Below the pieces are notes generated by a model. It saw nothing but the letters and a program-made list of their open reading frames with translations. It was not told where the DNA came from and searched no databases. 64,000 bases of DNA from Histomonas meleagridis 2922-C6/04-290x (lineage: Eukaryota > Protista > Parabasalia), in the NCBI GenBank assembly GCA_020184695.1, contig JAANOX010000153.1, positions 310,001-374,000 of the forward strand. Direction: 5' to 3'. Below, one piece after another: positions 44,430 through 56,639 of this stretch. Position numbers and translations under genes: made by a program. Numbering within the stretch: position 1 is the stretch's first letter; every line of letters begins with the position of its first letter.

Positions 44430-45410
44430 TGTTTGCAACACCGTGTGCTTGACAGAAACAAGCACCCTCTTTCAAAATTGAAATTAAACATATAATTTGA
44501 ATATTATCGCAATCCTCAAAACTATGACAAACTAGTTGATATAGAAATTAACATAGAAGACTATGTTGAAGTTGATGGAATTGTTAAATTCAACAATTGA
44601 AGGAAATTTATGTTGAGGTGAAGAGTGTAAAAATTATTACTAAAGAAGAAGCAGATATTCACCTTATTTAAAAAATAAATTCGTTTTTTAATCCAAATAA
44701 TATTCAAATTTTAATTGATGATACAATGTCGGGTATTGTTGAAATATTATCTAAAAAAGCTTGTGAAGAAGGTTTTAAGTAAGTTCGAAAAAGATCAATC
44801 AAAGAAGAACGATTAACATTATTTTGCAATCAGCATACAAATTATGGAAAAAATGATGATTTAAATAGTGGATGCAAGTTTAAAATAAGAATTGGCAAGT
44901 AGAAGTCAGGATAAACTCGAAAAAGCTATTAATTCTTTAGATTCTCTAGAAAAAGAACTAAATAATGAATCAATAGAACAGATTGCTACTGAAATAGGAA
45001 TTAGAGCCGGAAGAGGTAAAATTCATAGAAATACGAAAAAAGTTAATCCGCGTCAATGTCTCATCTGTTCAAAGCCGCATAATACAAAAAGATGCCCCAG
45101 AAGAGGTGAAGTACTTAAATTTGTTCAAGAAGGTGGCTCAATCTTTGGATTAAAGCATTGTTCAATACGTAATCAAACTGGGCATAATTATAAAAAATGC
45201 AAAGCTAAAGAAGCTATTCGAAAGGGTGAACTCCCTCCAATTGAATAAATTTGTTTTGCTTAATTTTATTTGTATTGTTTTTATTTTATATGATAATTTT
45301 GTTATTTTGTTAGCTCAACATAAATATTATATCAGTACTGATACTTTTTCAAAAAGGGTGCTATTTGTTTATGAGCACCGTGTGTTCTGGAAATGTACCC
45401 TTAAAAATTT
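44430..45410 (+). mobile_element. Possible highly decayed DNA transposon relic (MULE-like) with Zn-knuckle ORF
   Basis: Imperfect inverted repeats (AACAC..GTGCT..AGCACCCT at 44430-44480 and its complement at 45345-45410), a fragment LFCNQH..SGCKFKIRI, and CxxC..H..C knuckles in 44892-45248. Confidence 0.3.
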
Positions 45411-45676
45411 GTTAAAACAACAAGATCGAAGAAATATTTAATCGAGGATGTTTAAACTAATGTTAAAGACCAGGGGTATCATGAATTAGTTGACAAAGCC
45501 AATTCTACGCCACATTATGAATATAATGACACAGCAGTTTCACAAGTAATGTTTCCGTGTGAAAAGAGATTTTGAAAACGCTTCATATATGAAAGCCGTT
45601 TACATTTCTGTAGAGGTTTATTAAAAAGTTTGATGAAATAGTTAAACGGTCTTAGCACTTCTTTTTTCATTACGTT

Positions 45677-45862
45677 ATGAGCGATGACGAAAGGCAAATA
45701 AGTAAAAGAACAATGAGTTTAATATCTCAAGAATATGCACATCTAACTGCTTCAGTTGCACAAATTATTCAAAGAATTGATCGACTTGATAAAACGATCC
45801 AACGAAATCAAGAAAGAATTGAAATACTTCAGTCAAAGACGCAAGGGAACTTCCAAGTGTAG
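45677..45862 (+). CDS. Small coiled-coil protein
   Basis: 61-aa ATG ORF with heptad pattern (IIQRIDRLDKTI). Resembles HSBP1/BRK1-size proteins but is not assignable. Confidence 0.5.
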   Translation: MSDDERQISKRTMSLISQEYAHLTASVAQIIQRIDRLDKTIQRNQERIEILQSKTQGNFQV

Positions 45863-45912
45863 TTCAACATTATATCTTATTTGTAAATATTTTTTTAAGA
45901 TTATTTTTTTAC

Positions 45913-46374
45913 TTAAAAGCTCCCAATAATACGAATCATATATGATAAAATCCATAGCATTGTGAATGCTGTGACAGAAAATGTTGGTCTAGCGCAAACA
46001 TATAACCCAATGATAATGACAATCATTGCTTTATATTGGAATAAACTGTTTGTTGGAACTTCCCCTTTGTGCTTTATCTTACACATTTCTGCAAATGATG
46101 TTTCACTAAATGATTTAGAATACATTAGAATACCAATTACTAAAAGGATCATACCAAAAATAAATCCCATATTTGAGCACCTTAAGTCTTTTGTAAAAAT
46201 CAAGTACAATACCAAAAATATGCATTTCATTGCAGCAACAAGATCAACATAGAAATCTTCAGATATAAAAGAACTAGTAGATTGATTATGGCACTGTAAG
46301 AAGAGATCAATTATCATATGAACAAATAATAGTGATGTTAAAAGGACTAGATAAATATTGATCTTTGTTTTCAT
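45913..46374 (-). CDS. Small multi-pass membrane protein
   Basis: 153-aa ATG ORF with about 4-5 hydrophobic segments, divergent from the Aurora gene. Confidence 0.6.
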   Translation of the reverse strand: MKTKINIYLVLLTSLLFVHMIIDLFLQCHNQSTSSFISEDFYVDLVAAMKCIFLVLYLIFTKDLRCSNMGFIFGMILLVIGILMYSKSFSETSFAEMCKIKHKGEVPTNSLFQYKAMIVIIIGLYVCARPTFSVTAFTMLWILSYMIRIIGSF

Positions 46375-46486
46375 TTTCTTTTGGAAATGAAAGCGCGAAT
46401 CCGTTTATTTTTACACAGCACCCAAAAAACGTTAACGGTTTTCCATACGTTTAGATTAAAATATGTACGTTTAGGTAATCATTTTC

Positions 46487-47377
46487 ATGAACCGCTCGAA
46501 GGAGAACATACCAAATGAGAATTGTCCTGTTGCCAAAATACCAAGAAGGCTTCCTCAATCTAATCGTCCACAAGTACATAAGTGGACATTGGATGATTTC
46601 GAAATTGGTAGACCATTAGGTAATGGAAAGTTTGGACGTGTTTATCTCGCAAGAGAAAAGAAGTCCAAATTCATCGTTGGGTTGAAAGTTCTCAACAAGA
46701 AGCAATTACAAAAAGCATCTATAGAACACCAACTTCGTCGAGAAATTGAAATTCAATCACATCTCCGCCATCCACACATCATCCGTATGTATGGTTATTT
46801 CTATGATCAAACTAGAATTTACCTCATTATTGAATATGCTGCACGTGGTGAACTCTTTAAGATTCTTAGAGATCAAATCCGATTCGATGAGAAGACAGCT
46901 GCTAACTACATATGGCAAATGTGCGATGCAATCAACTACTGCCACTCTAAACATGTCATTCACCGTGATATCAAACCAGAAAATATTCTCGTTGGATTAA
47001 ATGGAGAATTAAAGATTGCCGATTTCGGGTGGTCCGTTCACGCTCCATCATCAAGAAGAACAACACTTTGCGGTACACTTGACTATTTACCACCAGAAAT
47101 GATCGAAGGAAAAGATCATGACGCAAGTGTTGATACTTGGAGCCTTGGTATTCTTCTCTACGAATTCCTTGTTGGTGCACCACCATTCGAAGAGAATCGT
47201 CAAAGGGATACATGCCGTCGTATTTGCAATGTTGATATTAGATACCCATCTTTCATCAAACCACTTGCACGCGACCTCATTAGTCGTTTCCTCCAACACG
47301 ACCCAACGCAAAGAATTCCTCTCGAGGAAGTTCGCCAACATCCATGGATCGTTCAGCAGCTTGGTCCGGCTGAATGA
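46487..47377 (+). CDS. AURK: Aurora kinase
   Basis: [79 protein letters not shown]. Confidence 0.96.
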   Translation: MNRSKENIPNENCPVAKIPRRLPQSNRPQVHKWTLDDFEIGRPLGNGKFGRVYLAREKKSKFIVGLKVLNKKQLQKASIEHQLRREIEIQSHLRHPHIIRMYGYFYDQTRIYLIIEYAARGELFKILRDQIRFDEKTAANYIWQMCDAINYCHSKHVIHRDIKPENILVGLNGELKIADFGWSVHAPSSRRTTLCGTLDYLPPEMIEGKDHDASVDTWSLGILLYEFLVGAPPFEENRQRDTCRRICNVDIRYPSFIKPLARDLISRFLQHDPTQRIPLEEVRQHPWIVQQLGPAE

Positions 47378-47655
47378 ACTAGTTATTTACTTACTAAAGT
47401 CGATTTAAATTCGTTCTTTTTGAATAATGAAATCATTATTAGTTATCATTTGGAAAAAATGAAGAATAACTAAATCAATTAATTGAAATCAAACCGTCAT
47501 ATGGTTATGAAAAATTCTCTATCGTTCACTGAAATTTTTTTGCCAAAATTCCTCTTTGCATATCACATTAACGAAATATCTGGAATCAAATACAACAAGA
47601 TATTATTTTTCGAACAAAAGAAGAGATTCATGATATTTAATAATATTATCATACA

Positions 47656-48615
47656 TTAATTTGTAATATCCTTTGCAATCTGTTCAAGTGCCACACGTGC
47701 TTCTGGTATTGGATATACTGGATAAACATGATTTAATCCATTTCCAGTGATTAATGTCGAGTCAACATTGTTTTTCTTGAGTTTCTCATGAAACAATACA
47801 CAGTCAGGATATAACAAATCGCGTGTTCCTACATATTGTACAATGGGTGGTAAGCCATTTAAGTCACCATATATTGGACTTATCTTATAATTCTTAAGAT
47901 CTTCTCCACCAGCCCACGCAGCACCCCATACTCTAGCAAGCTCTCGAGAATTACGTGGGTCAACTCGTTCATATTTGGGAATATCTGGGTTTGTCATAGT
48001 AAGATCTACCCATGGAGCAAAAAGAACAAGCTTCTTGGGTAATGGTAGATTATTTTCTTTTAGGAAGAGCGCAAAATCGATGGCAAGACCACCACCAGAT
48101 GAATCACCAATGATAATGAGGTCTGATGGATTTTGAAATGTTTTATATAATTCAAATAACTTATCATAGCAATAAGAATATGTACCAAATGGAGCAAGAG
48201 GATAAATTGGCATAATTACATTACTGTCCGTTCGCTGTGTAAGTTTGTTAATGAAAGAGATATGAAAAATTAGAGGATTATGAACATAGCCACCACCGTG
48301 AAGATAGATCACAGTGGGGCCTTTTCCTTTGGGATTGAAACTAAAAATTTGTAGACCACAACTTTCATATTCAATTGATCCTTTTTTAAGTTTAATCAAT
48401 GAAGGTAGAGCGTAAGGTTTTTTGCCTTGCTTTTTGATTTTTTCAAGCTCTTCTCTTGCTTCTTTTTCTCCATAATGTTTGCGCACGATTTTCATGTAAA
48501 ATTCAGCTAAAGAAGCCATGAAAGATCTTCCATAAATAAGGTGGAGTACAGCAACAATAATAGATATTATTATGACTGCAGTGACTGTAATTCCCAGAAT
48601 CTCCACTGAAATCAT
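47656..48615 (-). CDS. Alpha/beta hydrolase, HSL (abhydrolase_3) esterase with N-terminal TM
   Basis: YLHGGGY oxyanion motif, GDSSGG nucleophile, SPWVD-like APWVD, catalytic D (GTRDLL) and H (NHVYP). Confidence 0.88.
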   Translation of the reverse strand: MISVEILGITVTAVIIISIIVAVLHLIYGRSFMASLAEFYMKIVRKHYGEKEAREELEKIKKQGKKPYALPSLIKLKKGSIEYESCGLQIFSFNPKGKGPTVIYLHGGGYVHNPLIFHISFINKLTQRTDSNVIMPIYPLAPFGTYSYCYDKLFELYKTFQNPSDLIIIGDSSGGGLAIDFALFLKENNLPLPKKLVLFAPWVDLTMTNPDIPKYERVDPRNSRELARVWGAAWAGGEDLKNYKISPIYGDLNGLPPIVQYVGTRDLLYPDCVLFHEKLKKNNVDSTLITGNGLNHVYPVYPIPEARVALEQIAKDITN

Positions 48616-49699
48616 TGTTCGTGATGTGATGTTTCTGTGTTGATCGCATGTTCTGAATATTTAAGGTTGCGTACTCAGAAAAGTCGAATAAACAATACAA
48701 TACACACAAAAAAACCGCATCGTTATCGTACTGCGAGAAAATCGTTTTTTGTGTAAATTTAGGATGAAATCGAAAAATGCACATAGACTGACCTTCCGTT
48801 GAATGAAATAAAGCACCAATAATTATTTCCGGTTGAAAAAATTGATTGCTAAATTCATAGAAAAATTATCAAAAGAAACTAGAAATATCTGTAATGAGTT
48901 AATAAATGATGCAATATATTTTTATCCCGCAAATCCCGAATAAAAAATCTGACTAATTATCATTTGAATTGCATTTCTTTCCCATTTTTAAATTGTATAT
49001 GATGTAATAATAGATTAAAAATGGAGGCAAAAGTGACATTGTCCATTGACACTTTTCTCTACACATAAATAAAAATATAAATATCATGCTTAAATCATTA
49101 GCCTCCTCGAAAGAGATTGAATGACACGAATATAAATTATATGTTAATAATGAATATATAATATTATTCTCAATTTTGGCTCATCATAAAATGCAATTTA
49201 CATTAGATAATGAATTAATTTCTTTAAACTTAAGTCCAATTTGATTTCACCATAATGATGAAAAAAATTTATATGATGGATTCATTAAATCTTGAAATTT
49301 AACGAAGATATTCATGTTTTTTCTTTGTATCGGATTTTATTGAAAAAATCGATTTGAATTGATATTGATCGTTCAATATGACTAAAATAAATAAATAATT
49401 ATTATTTGGTAAATGGATACTTCATCAAGTAAATTTGCAATCAATATACTAAAATACAACTATGATGACGAGGGTATTACTTTATCTCGTGTATCAACTT
49501 TGAGAGAGAAAGTATTTTAATAATTAATGTACGAAAGTTTTGAAATAATCTCCACTCAAATACCGGTATTTTGTAGTAAAAATCGTTTTCTTGAAATTTT
49601 GAGAAGATTGTTGCTGAAAATTCATTAAAATAAATGCCAATTTCGGTTTTTTCTAAGGTTCACAAATCACAGCCAAAAATTTTCGTTCAAGACATTTTG

Positions 49700-52600
49700 A
49701 TGAAACACATATTATTACATGCTTTTATACTTTTGCTAACATTTCTCTCTGTTAAGACATTAGAAGATTATATTGAAACCGATAAAACCTTAATAATTTA
49801 TGTAGACATTGATTTTCAAGATACTCATAAATACGAAGCGGAAACTGCAGACATACGTGGAGGACTTACGTCTATTCCAAATAATGCTTTTAACAGATGC
49901 ACCCAATTGAAAAAGGTTTATATGGACTCTACAGTTAAATCTATTGGAACGTGTGCATTTTATGGTTGTACAAATTTGGAAATTGTACAGCTAAGTGATA
50001 ATTTAAATGTAATAGAAACACAAGCGTTTTGTAAGTGTTCGAATTTACAGGGAATAAGATTATCAAATGAATTAATAACTCTTGGTTTCCAAGCATTTTC
50101 TGAATGCATTGAGTTAAACATTGTTATGATTGCAAGTAAGTTACAAACGATTCAAGAAAGTGCATTTGCTGATTGTGTTAAATTAACAACAATTAGGTTA
50201 CCATTTTCACTTATAAATCTTGGTAATTATGCATTTGAAAATTGTGCAAGTTTGTCTAATATAATACTTGGTGATAATATTACAACAATAGGATTTAATG
50301 TTTTTTATAAATGTTCTAATCTTGTTAACGTTACTGTTTATAGGTTTTCAAATAATTCTTTAGCTGACATTATAGGACTTCGACAATCAACCACAACTAT
50401 TAGATATACACTTGTTTATGATGATAAGAATTTAATTTATGTTGGAGGTGGAGCAACTTCATGGCAATATTTAACTAAAGTTATTATTGGGGATTATGTA
50501 CAATCAATATATAATTCATTTAGTGGTTGTACTGGTTTAGAAGATGTAACTTTTGGGAAAAATGTTAAAAATATTGGATATCGTGCATTTTTTAGATGCA
50601 CAAGTTTAACAAATATAGAATTACCGAATTCACTTGAAATAATTGACAAAGAAGCATTTTATGAATGTGATAATTTACAAGTTGTTGAAACATTTAATAA
50701 AATTAAATCAATTGGAAATTATTCATTCTATAAATGCACACAATTAATCGAATTTAATTTTCCAAATTCACTTGAAACTATTGGAGAAAAATCATTTTAT
50801 GAATGTGGTAATTTAGATGGAATTAATTTTGGTTCAAATCTTCAAGTAATTTATCCATATGCATTTTATTCATGTAAAAAAATAACTACACTTAAAATTC
50901 TTTCATTAAAAATCACAAAAATTGATGAATATATATTTTATAATTGTATTTCATTAGAAAGTATTATATTTTCAAATTCAATAACAGAAATTGGATCTTA
51001 TTCATTTTATGGATGTTCTTCTTTAACAACTGTTACAATGAGTGAAAACATTGAAACTATTGGAATTTTTTCATTTTATGATTGTAAAATTAAATCAATA
51101 GAACTTGGAGAAAAATTAAAAGAAATTTTATCGTCATCATTTTATCAAAATAACATTGAAAGTATAAAATTCCCAAAATCATTAACTCGTATTGGATCAA
51201 GATCATTTTATGGCACACAGTTAAAAACAGTTGAAATCCCAAATGTAGTTTCTTCACTTGAATCAAATGCATTTACTAATTGTAATAATTTAATTCATGT
51301 TACATTTTCGGATAACATAACAAAATTTGAAGATGATATCTTTAAAAATTGTCCATTAGAAAATGTAACAATTATTAGATATACAAATGAAAAAATGGAT
51401 CAAATTAAAAAGATATCATCGGAAAGTGTCACATTAATTTATAGTGATGTTATAGAAAATATTGAAGGAAATCCTTTAGGTTATTGGGATGATTTGAAAT
51501 TAGTAATTTTAAGTAACAAGACAAAAACAATTGGAAATGAAATTTTCAAGAATTGTTTATATTTAGAAACAGTTATTTTAGGTGAAAGTTTAATATCAAT
51601 TGGAAATTATTCATTCATTAGTTGTCATAGAATTAAAAATATTACATTTCCTAATTCACTTGAAACAATTGGTGATTATTCTTTTAGTTATTGTCAAAAT
51701 ATGAATGAAATTAATTTTAATGAAAATATGAAATTCATTGGAAATTATTCATTTAAAGAATGTATTTCATTAAGTAGTATTAAATTACCAAATTCATTAC
51801 AAATTATATATGGATCAGCATTTGAAAAATGTAATCAATTAAAAACAGTTGAATTTGGTAACTCTCTTAAAATTATTGGAAATTCTGCATTTTATTGTTG
51901 TGGTGAACTTGAGAATATTATATTACCAAATTCTGTTGAAATTCTTGAAAATCATTCATTTTATCAATGTAAAAAATTGAAGTCAGTTACTTTTAGTAAT
52001 AATATTAAAGAAATTGGAAATTATTCATTTTATGAAACTAATATTACAAATGTTACACTACCGAAAACATTAAAATTCATTGGAATGTATTGCTTCCATT
52101 TTTGTGATCAATTAGAATATGCATTTATACCAAATGATACAATTCAACAAATATCAAATCATTTGTTTTATAATTGTAAAAAATTAAAATCTTTTGATAT
52201 TCCAAATTCAGTAAGTATAATTTATGAATGTGCATTTACTGGATGTAGTTCATTAACGCAAATCAATATTCCTAATTTAGTTACAGCAATTGGTACATAT
52301 GCATTTGCTGAATGTTATTCATTAAGTACTGTTTATATTGGTGAAAATGTACAAGAAATTCAAGAATCTGTGTTTAATTATTGTTCAAAATTAACATGTA
52401 TTTATTATTATGGCACATCTGAACCTATTATTGGCAAAAACGCTTTTAGTAATATAGCAGCTACTAAAATATTAGTTGTACAAAATTATAGCAGTGATAC
52501 TTTCGATACTTTAATAGCTGTTAAAGATAAAGTTGATACATGTGAAGGTTGGCCAACTTCAACATATACAATTTCAAGTGCTTCTGAATCATTAAGTTAT

Positions 52601-52969
52601 TCTAAGTCAAACAGTGAAATATCTACAAGCGATATTGAATTCTCAACTTATTATGAATCAATTAGCTCTGACGTCCAATTTTCATCATATCATGGAAGTA
52701 GTGACATATCTTCGAGTTCAATAAGTTATTCCATTACTTTTGAAAATTTGTCATCTGATACAGCAACTTATGAAGGTTCGAGCGATGATAATGAATCGAA
52801 ATCAAATGTTGGACTTATTGTTGGAATTGTTGTGGGCGTTGTCGTCTTTCTTATCGCTGTAGCAGTTGTGACTACTTTATTGGTGCTGAGGAGAATAATA
52901 ATCAAACAGAATAAAGAAAATTATGAAGATGAAGATAATAGTAATAGTGATGATGATCTTGAACTTTAG
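49700..52969 (+). CDS. Large BspA-like (TpLRR) surface protein
   Basis: Signal peptide MKHILLHAF.., many TpLRR repeats, Ser-rich stalk, TM (VGLIVGIVVGVVVFLIAV) and acidic tail. Confidence 0.92.
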   Translation: MKHILLHAFILLLTFLSVKTLEDYIETDKTLIIYVDIDFQDTHKYEAETADIRGGLTSIPNNAFNRCTQLKKVYMDSTVKSIGTCAFYGCTNLEIVQLSDNLNVIETQAFCKCSNLQGIRLSNELITLGFQAFSECIELNIVMIASKLQTIQESAFADCVKLTTIRLPFSLINLGNYAFENCASLSNIILGDNITTIGFNVFYKCSNLVNVTVYRFSNNSLADIIGLRQSTTTIRYTLVYDDKNLIYVGGGATSWQYLTKVIIGDYVQSIYNSFSGCTGLEDVTFGKNVKNIGYRAFFRCTSLTNIELPNSLEIIDKEAFYECDNLQVVETFNKIKSIGNYSFYKCTQLIEFNFPNSLETIGEKSFYECGNLDGINFGSNLQVIYPYAFYSCKKITTLKILSLKITKIDEYIFYNCISLESIIFSNSITEIGSYSFYGCSSLTTVTMSENIETIGIFSFYDCKIKSIELGEKLKEILSSSFYQNNIESIKFPKSLTRIGSRSFYGTQLKTVEIPNVVSSLESNAFTNCNNLIHVTFSDNITKFEDDIFKNCPLENVTIIRYTNEKMDQIKKISSESVTLIYSDVIENIEGNPLGYWDDLKLVILSNKTKTIGNEIFKNCLYLETVILGESLISIGNYSFISCHRIKNITFPNSLETIGDYSFSYCQNMNEINFNENMKFIGNYSFKECISLSSIKLPNSLQIIYGSAFEKCNQLKTVEFGNSLKIIGNSAFYCCGELENIILPNSVEILENHSFYQCKKLKSVTFSNNIKEIGNYSFYETNITNVTLPKTLKFIGMYCFHFCDQLEYAFIPNDTIQQISNHLFYNCKKLKSFDIPNSVSIIYECAFTGCSSLTQINIPNLVTAIGTYAFAECYSLSTVYIGENVQEIQESVFNYCSKLTCIYYYGTSEPIIGKNAFSNIAATKILVVQNYSSDTFDTLIAVKDKVDTCEGWPTSTYTISSASESLSYSKSNSEISTSDIEFSTYYESISSDVQFSSYHGSSDISSSSISYSITFENLSSDTATYEGSSDDNESKSNVGLIVGIVVGVVVFLIAVAVVTTLLVLRRIIIKQNKENYEDEDNSNSDDDLEL

Positions 52970-53897
52970 CTTAATTAAAAGTGAATGAGTTTTTTGTTTT
53001 TAAATATAAGTCAAACAACATTGAAATTCTTATTAATGTTTGTTTGAGATGGTATGCTAAAGCTGATTGTAAGTGAAATTATATATAAAATGTTAAAAGT
53101 TTACTTTTACATATTTTTACAAGTGGATGTTTGTAAGTGTTACTTGTGTATATGGTGGGATCTATGTGTGTGTGTGGTACATGTTGGAGTTAATGGGGAA
53201 TGTTTGTAAGTCAAATATTTTTCAAAATATAATTTGGAAATTAATTAAATTTGATCTATATAGTAAGTAATAAACCATAGTTAATCAAATAATTTTTAGA
53301 ACTTTTTTTAAATTTTTTTTAAAGGAATTTGTATTTAAATGGATGTATATTACATAGTCATGAAACTAAAAAATAATATATATGTTGAAACTTTTACTCT
53401 TTTAACTTAAGTAGTTAATTGCTGACTAATTGTTTTTGTTTGATTTAATTTATTATATATATTTCTTTATTATATAATTTTCTAATCCCATTTTATTATA
53501 GAAAAATAACTATTATATATAATAAAATAATGAATAATAAACACAAAGTGTTTTCTAGCACTAACGAGAGTAATGATATAAATGATACTATCGATAAAAC
53601 ACATTTTAAAACATATAAGCATGCAAAAAGACATGTTAAAAAAACACATAATATATATATATACACACAGCGCTAATTGAGCTTCGCGTTTCACGCTTCG
53701 CTCAATCCCGCGCTACATTAATGAAGAGAATGAACGGTTTCAAACACGGTTGAATCTAAATATACTGCTGAATATTCACGAGGTAGATTAATTTTTAAAA
53801 TGTGTGAGGCATGACAAACTAACTAAAAAAGAAACTAGCTAAAGGAAATCCGGAAGAGATGATTGAGTTTCTCCATTTTAGTTATTTGACGTGAAAA

Positions 53898-55922
53898 TTG
53901 CTAAATAGTAAATCTGCTAAAGATATTAATATTTCACTAAAACAATTTATTAATAAATATCATCCTGTGAAATCAACTTCTGATGAAGAACTTGTTTTTT
54001 TAAATAAAAATAATGTAAAATTATTAACTGATAATAATGTTAGTATGCATATTATTACAGATAAGGTCATTCATCATTAGGTATTATCGATAGATTTATC
54101 AGAACATTGAGAGATATGAATACTCCAAATGAGAAATCAAAACATCAATCACATGATGAAAAATATACTTATATTACACCACATAGAATGAATAAATTTA
54201 TTAATATATATAATGATGGTTATCATTCTGCTATAGGATGTTCTTCAAATAAAATGTTTAATAATAAAGATATTGAAAAAGTTTATATATTTTAATGCTT
54301 AAAATTAGCAGAAAAACAATAAAAAATAAAAGATTTAATTATTTCAGTAAATTCTTATGTTAGATATATATTACCTAGACATGATGGTATACATAAAAAA
54401 CGTTATCAAATAAGTAGAGAAATGTATAAAATTGATGATCGTAAATATGTATAAATTAATTGCTAAAGATGGAACTGTGATAACTAAACCTCGTATTCAA
54501 TTAATTGTTGTACAGACTTTAAACAAACCCGACCTCATTAGCAAACCCAACCTCACTCTAAACGGTCTCCTCGATAATAAAAACAAATTTATCTCATAAT
54601 AGAATAAATAAACAATAAATAAAATATAATGAATTTCTTTTATAACAGTAGGGAAATAATATATTTGATTTATTTCCCACCCTTCACATTCACTTAATTC
54701 ATCGAGGAAGATATTACTAATCTAATATATTCTCCAAATATTTTTGTGTTAACAATAGCTGATTCCTGATATCTATAAATAATATCCTTGCCTTCGCGAA
54801 TACCACTTTCTATTAATTCCTGATATAGGGTCTTTCTTTTCGAAATTATAATAGGTACAAGACTACAACTGTAATTTTGTTATTGTAGAAATGACGGTCA
54901 TTTTTTTTCCGCTTCTTTTTATAGAATAAAATACTTTCTTATGAGGAATATCTTGAGAAACAACAACTCTTTTGTTTTTTTTTGTTTGCCCATCTTTGGC
55001 AGCCAACTTCATCTATATTAAACACTAGTTCAACTGGAACACCCTTCACATATTTGTTTAGATTTTGAATATGTTTTTGGGCTCAATCAAAAGGTAATCC
55101 AAGTTTTGAACTTTCTTGTGGAATAGCTATATCGATCCTAATTTTATCTGCATTACGCTTAATGAATTTGCTATGCCAACCAATTGAAACTTCTATCCCA
55201 AATTGATCTTCAATATACTGTCGTGAAAACCCGACTGATACAGGTTTATTATCTAAGAAGTAAAGGGTTATTATATCGATTAATTCGGCCTCCTGGAGTT
55301 CATTCAGTTTCCTGGGTCTTCCATTTGGCTTTGGTGGTGATTTAATTCGTTTCGTCAATTTTGATCGATCCCATTCACAAAATCAATATTATATTATATA
55401 ATTTATTTTCAACCAAATTATCGTGTTGTTTTTAAATCTTAATGGATAAATAAAGAAAAAAAGTACTTTTAAATTTTAATCATTTTTGCGTGTTTTAAGA
55501 AACCTATGATGTTTCAAGAAAAATAAATTAAATATATTATTTCCCTACTGTTATAAAAGAAATTCATTATATTTTATTTATTGTTTATTTATTCTATTAT
55601 GAGATAAATTTGTTTTTATTATCGAGGAGACCGTTTAGAGTGAGGTTGGGTTTGCTAATGAGGTCGGGTTTGTTTAAAGTCTGTAGATGATTATCATCAT
55701 AAACCCAAATTTGCGAATACTATTCCTGGTAAATGGAATGGTGAAATCCTCAAACTACTTAATTATAATAAAAAAACTAACAAATATACAGTATTATTTA
55801 AGATTCTTGATAAAAAACTCTATAAAGATATCATTCCAGCAAGTTATTTGCGTGGTAATACTCCTCAAATTATGAGTAATTTAGAAAGAGAATACTTTAA
55901 AAATAAGAAACTGATTGTGTAA
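53898..55922 (+). pseudogene. Decayed rve-type (retroviral-like/Maverick-like) integrase, interrupted by a pogo-like element
   Basis: Fragments: KSTSDEELVF, HSLGIIDRFIRTLRDM, FINIYNDGYHSAIG. Removing 54513-55683 plus one TA restores TKPRIQLIV-VDDYHHKPKFANT..IPASYLRGNTP..EREYF* in one frame. Confidence 0.65.
54513..55683 (-). mobile_element. Internally deleted pogo/DDE_1-type DNA transposon
   Basis: 163-bp TIRs (54513-54675 and 55521-55683, one mismatch seen) with TA flanks (54511-12, 55684-85). Internal HTH-like ORF (GRPRKL..VSIGWHSKF) and, after a TGA, VFNIDEVG. Confidence 0.9.
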
Positions 55923-56009
55923 ATAACCTTGAGGATTTTATATTAATCATAGTGATTTTTAACAAGTTAATTGTTACGGTGAAACTGTTGAAATCTCTAG
56001 TGTTTATGT

Positions 56010-56394
56010 ATCTTGCAAGATTGCAAGATGAAATGAGTGTTTTTGAGCAAAATGGTCATTTTGAGACTTTTTTGAGCTTCTATTTTTTTCACGATGAATC
56101 TGTTGAAATCTCAAATGATTCTGTATATTTTTAGAATAGAAACCATTAAAGTAATAGCTTTTTTGAGCTTCTATTTTGAAATGATAATTTGTTTAAAATT
56201 GATTGTTTACGTATAATTGTTTAATAATTGATTTGTTTACGTATAATTGTTTAATAATTGATCGTTCAGGAATATTAGTGAAATGATGTGAATTTATAAT
56301 GATTTTAGATCTTGCAAGATTGCAAGATGAAATGTAGGTTTTTGATCAAAATGGTCTTTTTGAGACTTTTTTTAGGTTCTATTTTTTTCACGAT
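56010..56394 (+). repeat. Two 86-bp imperfect direct repeats flanking a 2x30-bp tandem repeat
   Basis: ATCTTGCAAGATTGCAAGATGAAATG..TTTTTTTCACGAT at 56010-56095 and 56309-56394; TTGTTTACGTATAATTGTTTAATAATTGAT twice at 56203-56262. Confidence 0.8.
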
Positions 56395-56399
56395 TAATA

Positions 56400-56475
56400 G
56401 CTTCGCATATGCGAAGCAGTAAGGGGGGTAATCCCCCCCTTATGGGGGAAGAATATACCTGTGTGTGTGTGTGTG
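56400..56475. other. GC-rich palindrome cluster followed by (TG)n
   Basis: GCTTCGCATATGCGAAGC (perfect palindrome, 56400-56417), a TAAGGGGGG-TAATC-CCCCCCTTA hairpin (56420-56442), then CTGTGTGTGTG. Confidence 0.7.
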
Positions 56476-56639
56476 TTTTGAACGTTTAAAATGATTTTCT
56501 TTATCTATTTGAGTGATTTTACTCATGAAATAAGTATTCTAATAATTTTTTTCATACCATTTTCAAAACCAAACAATTTTTGTAGTATGAAATTTATACT
56601 ACGAGGCTAATTTTGAACTATTACTTAATCAGTTACATT

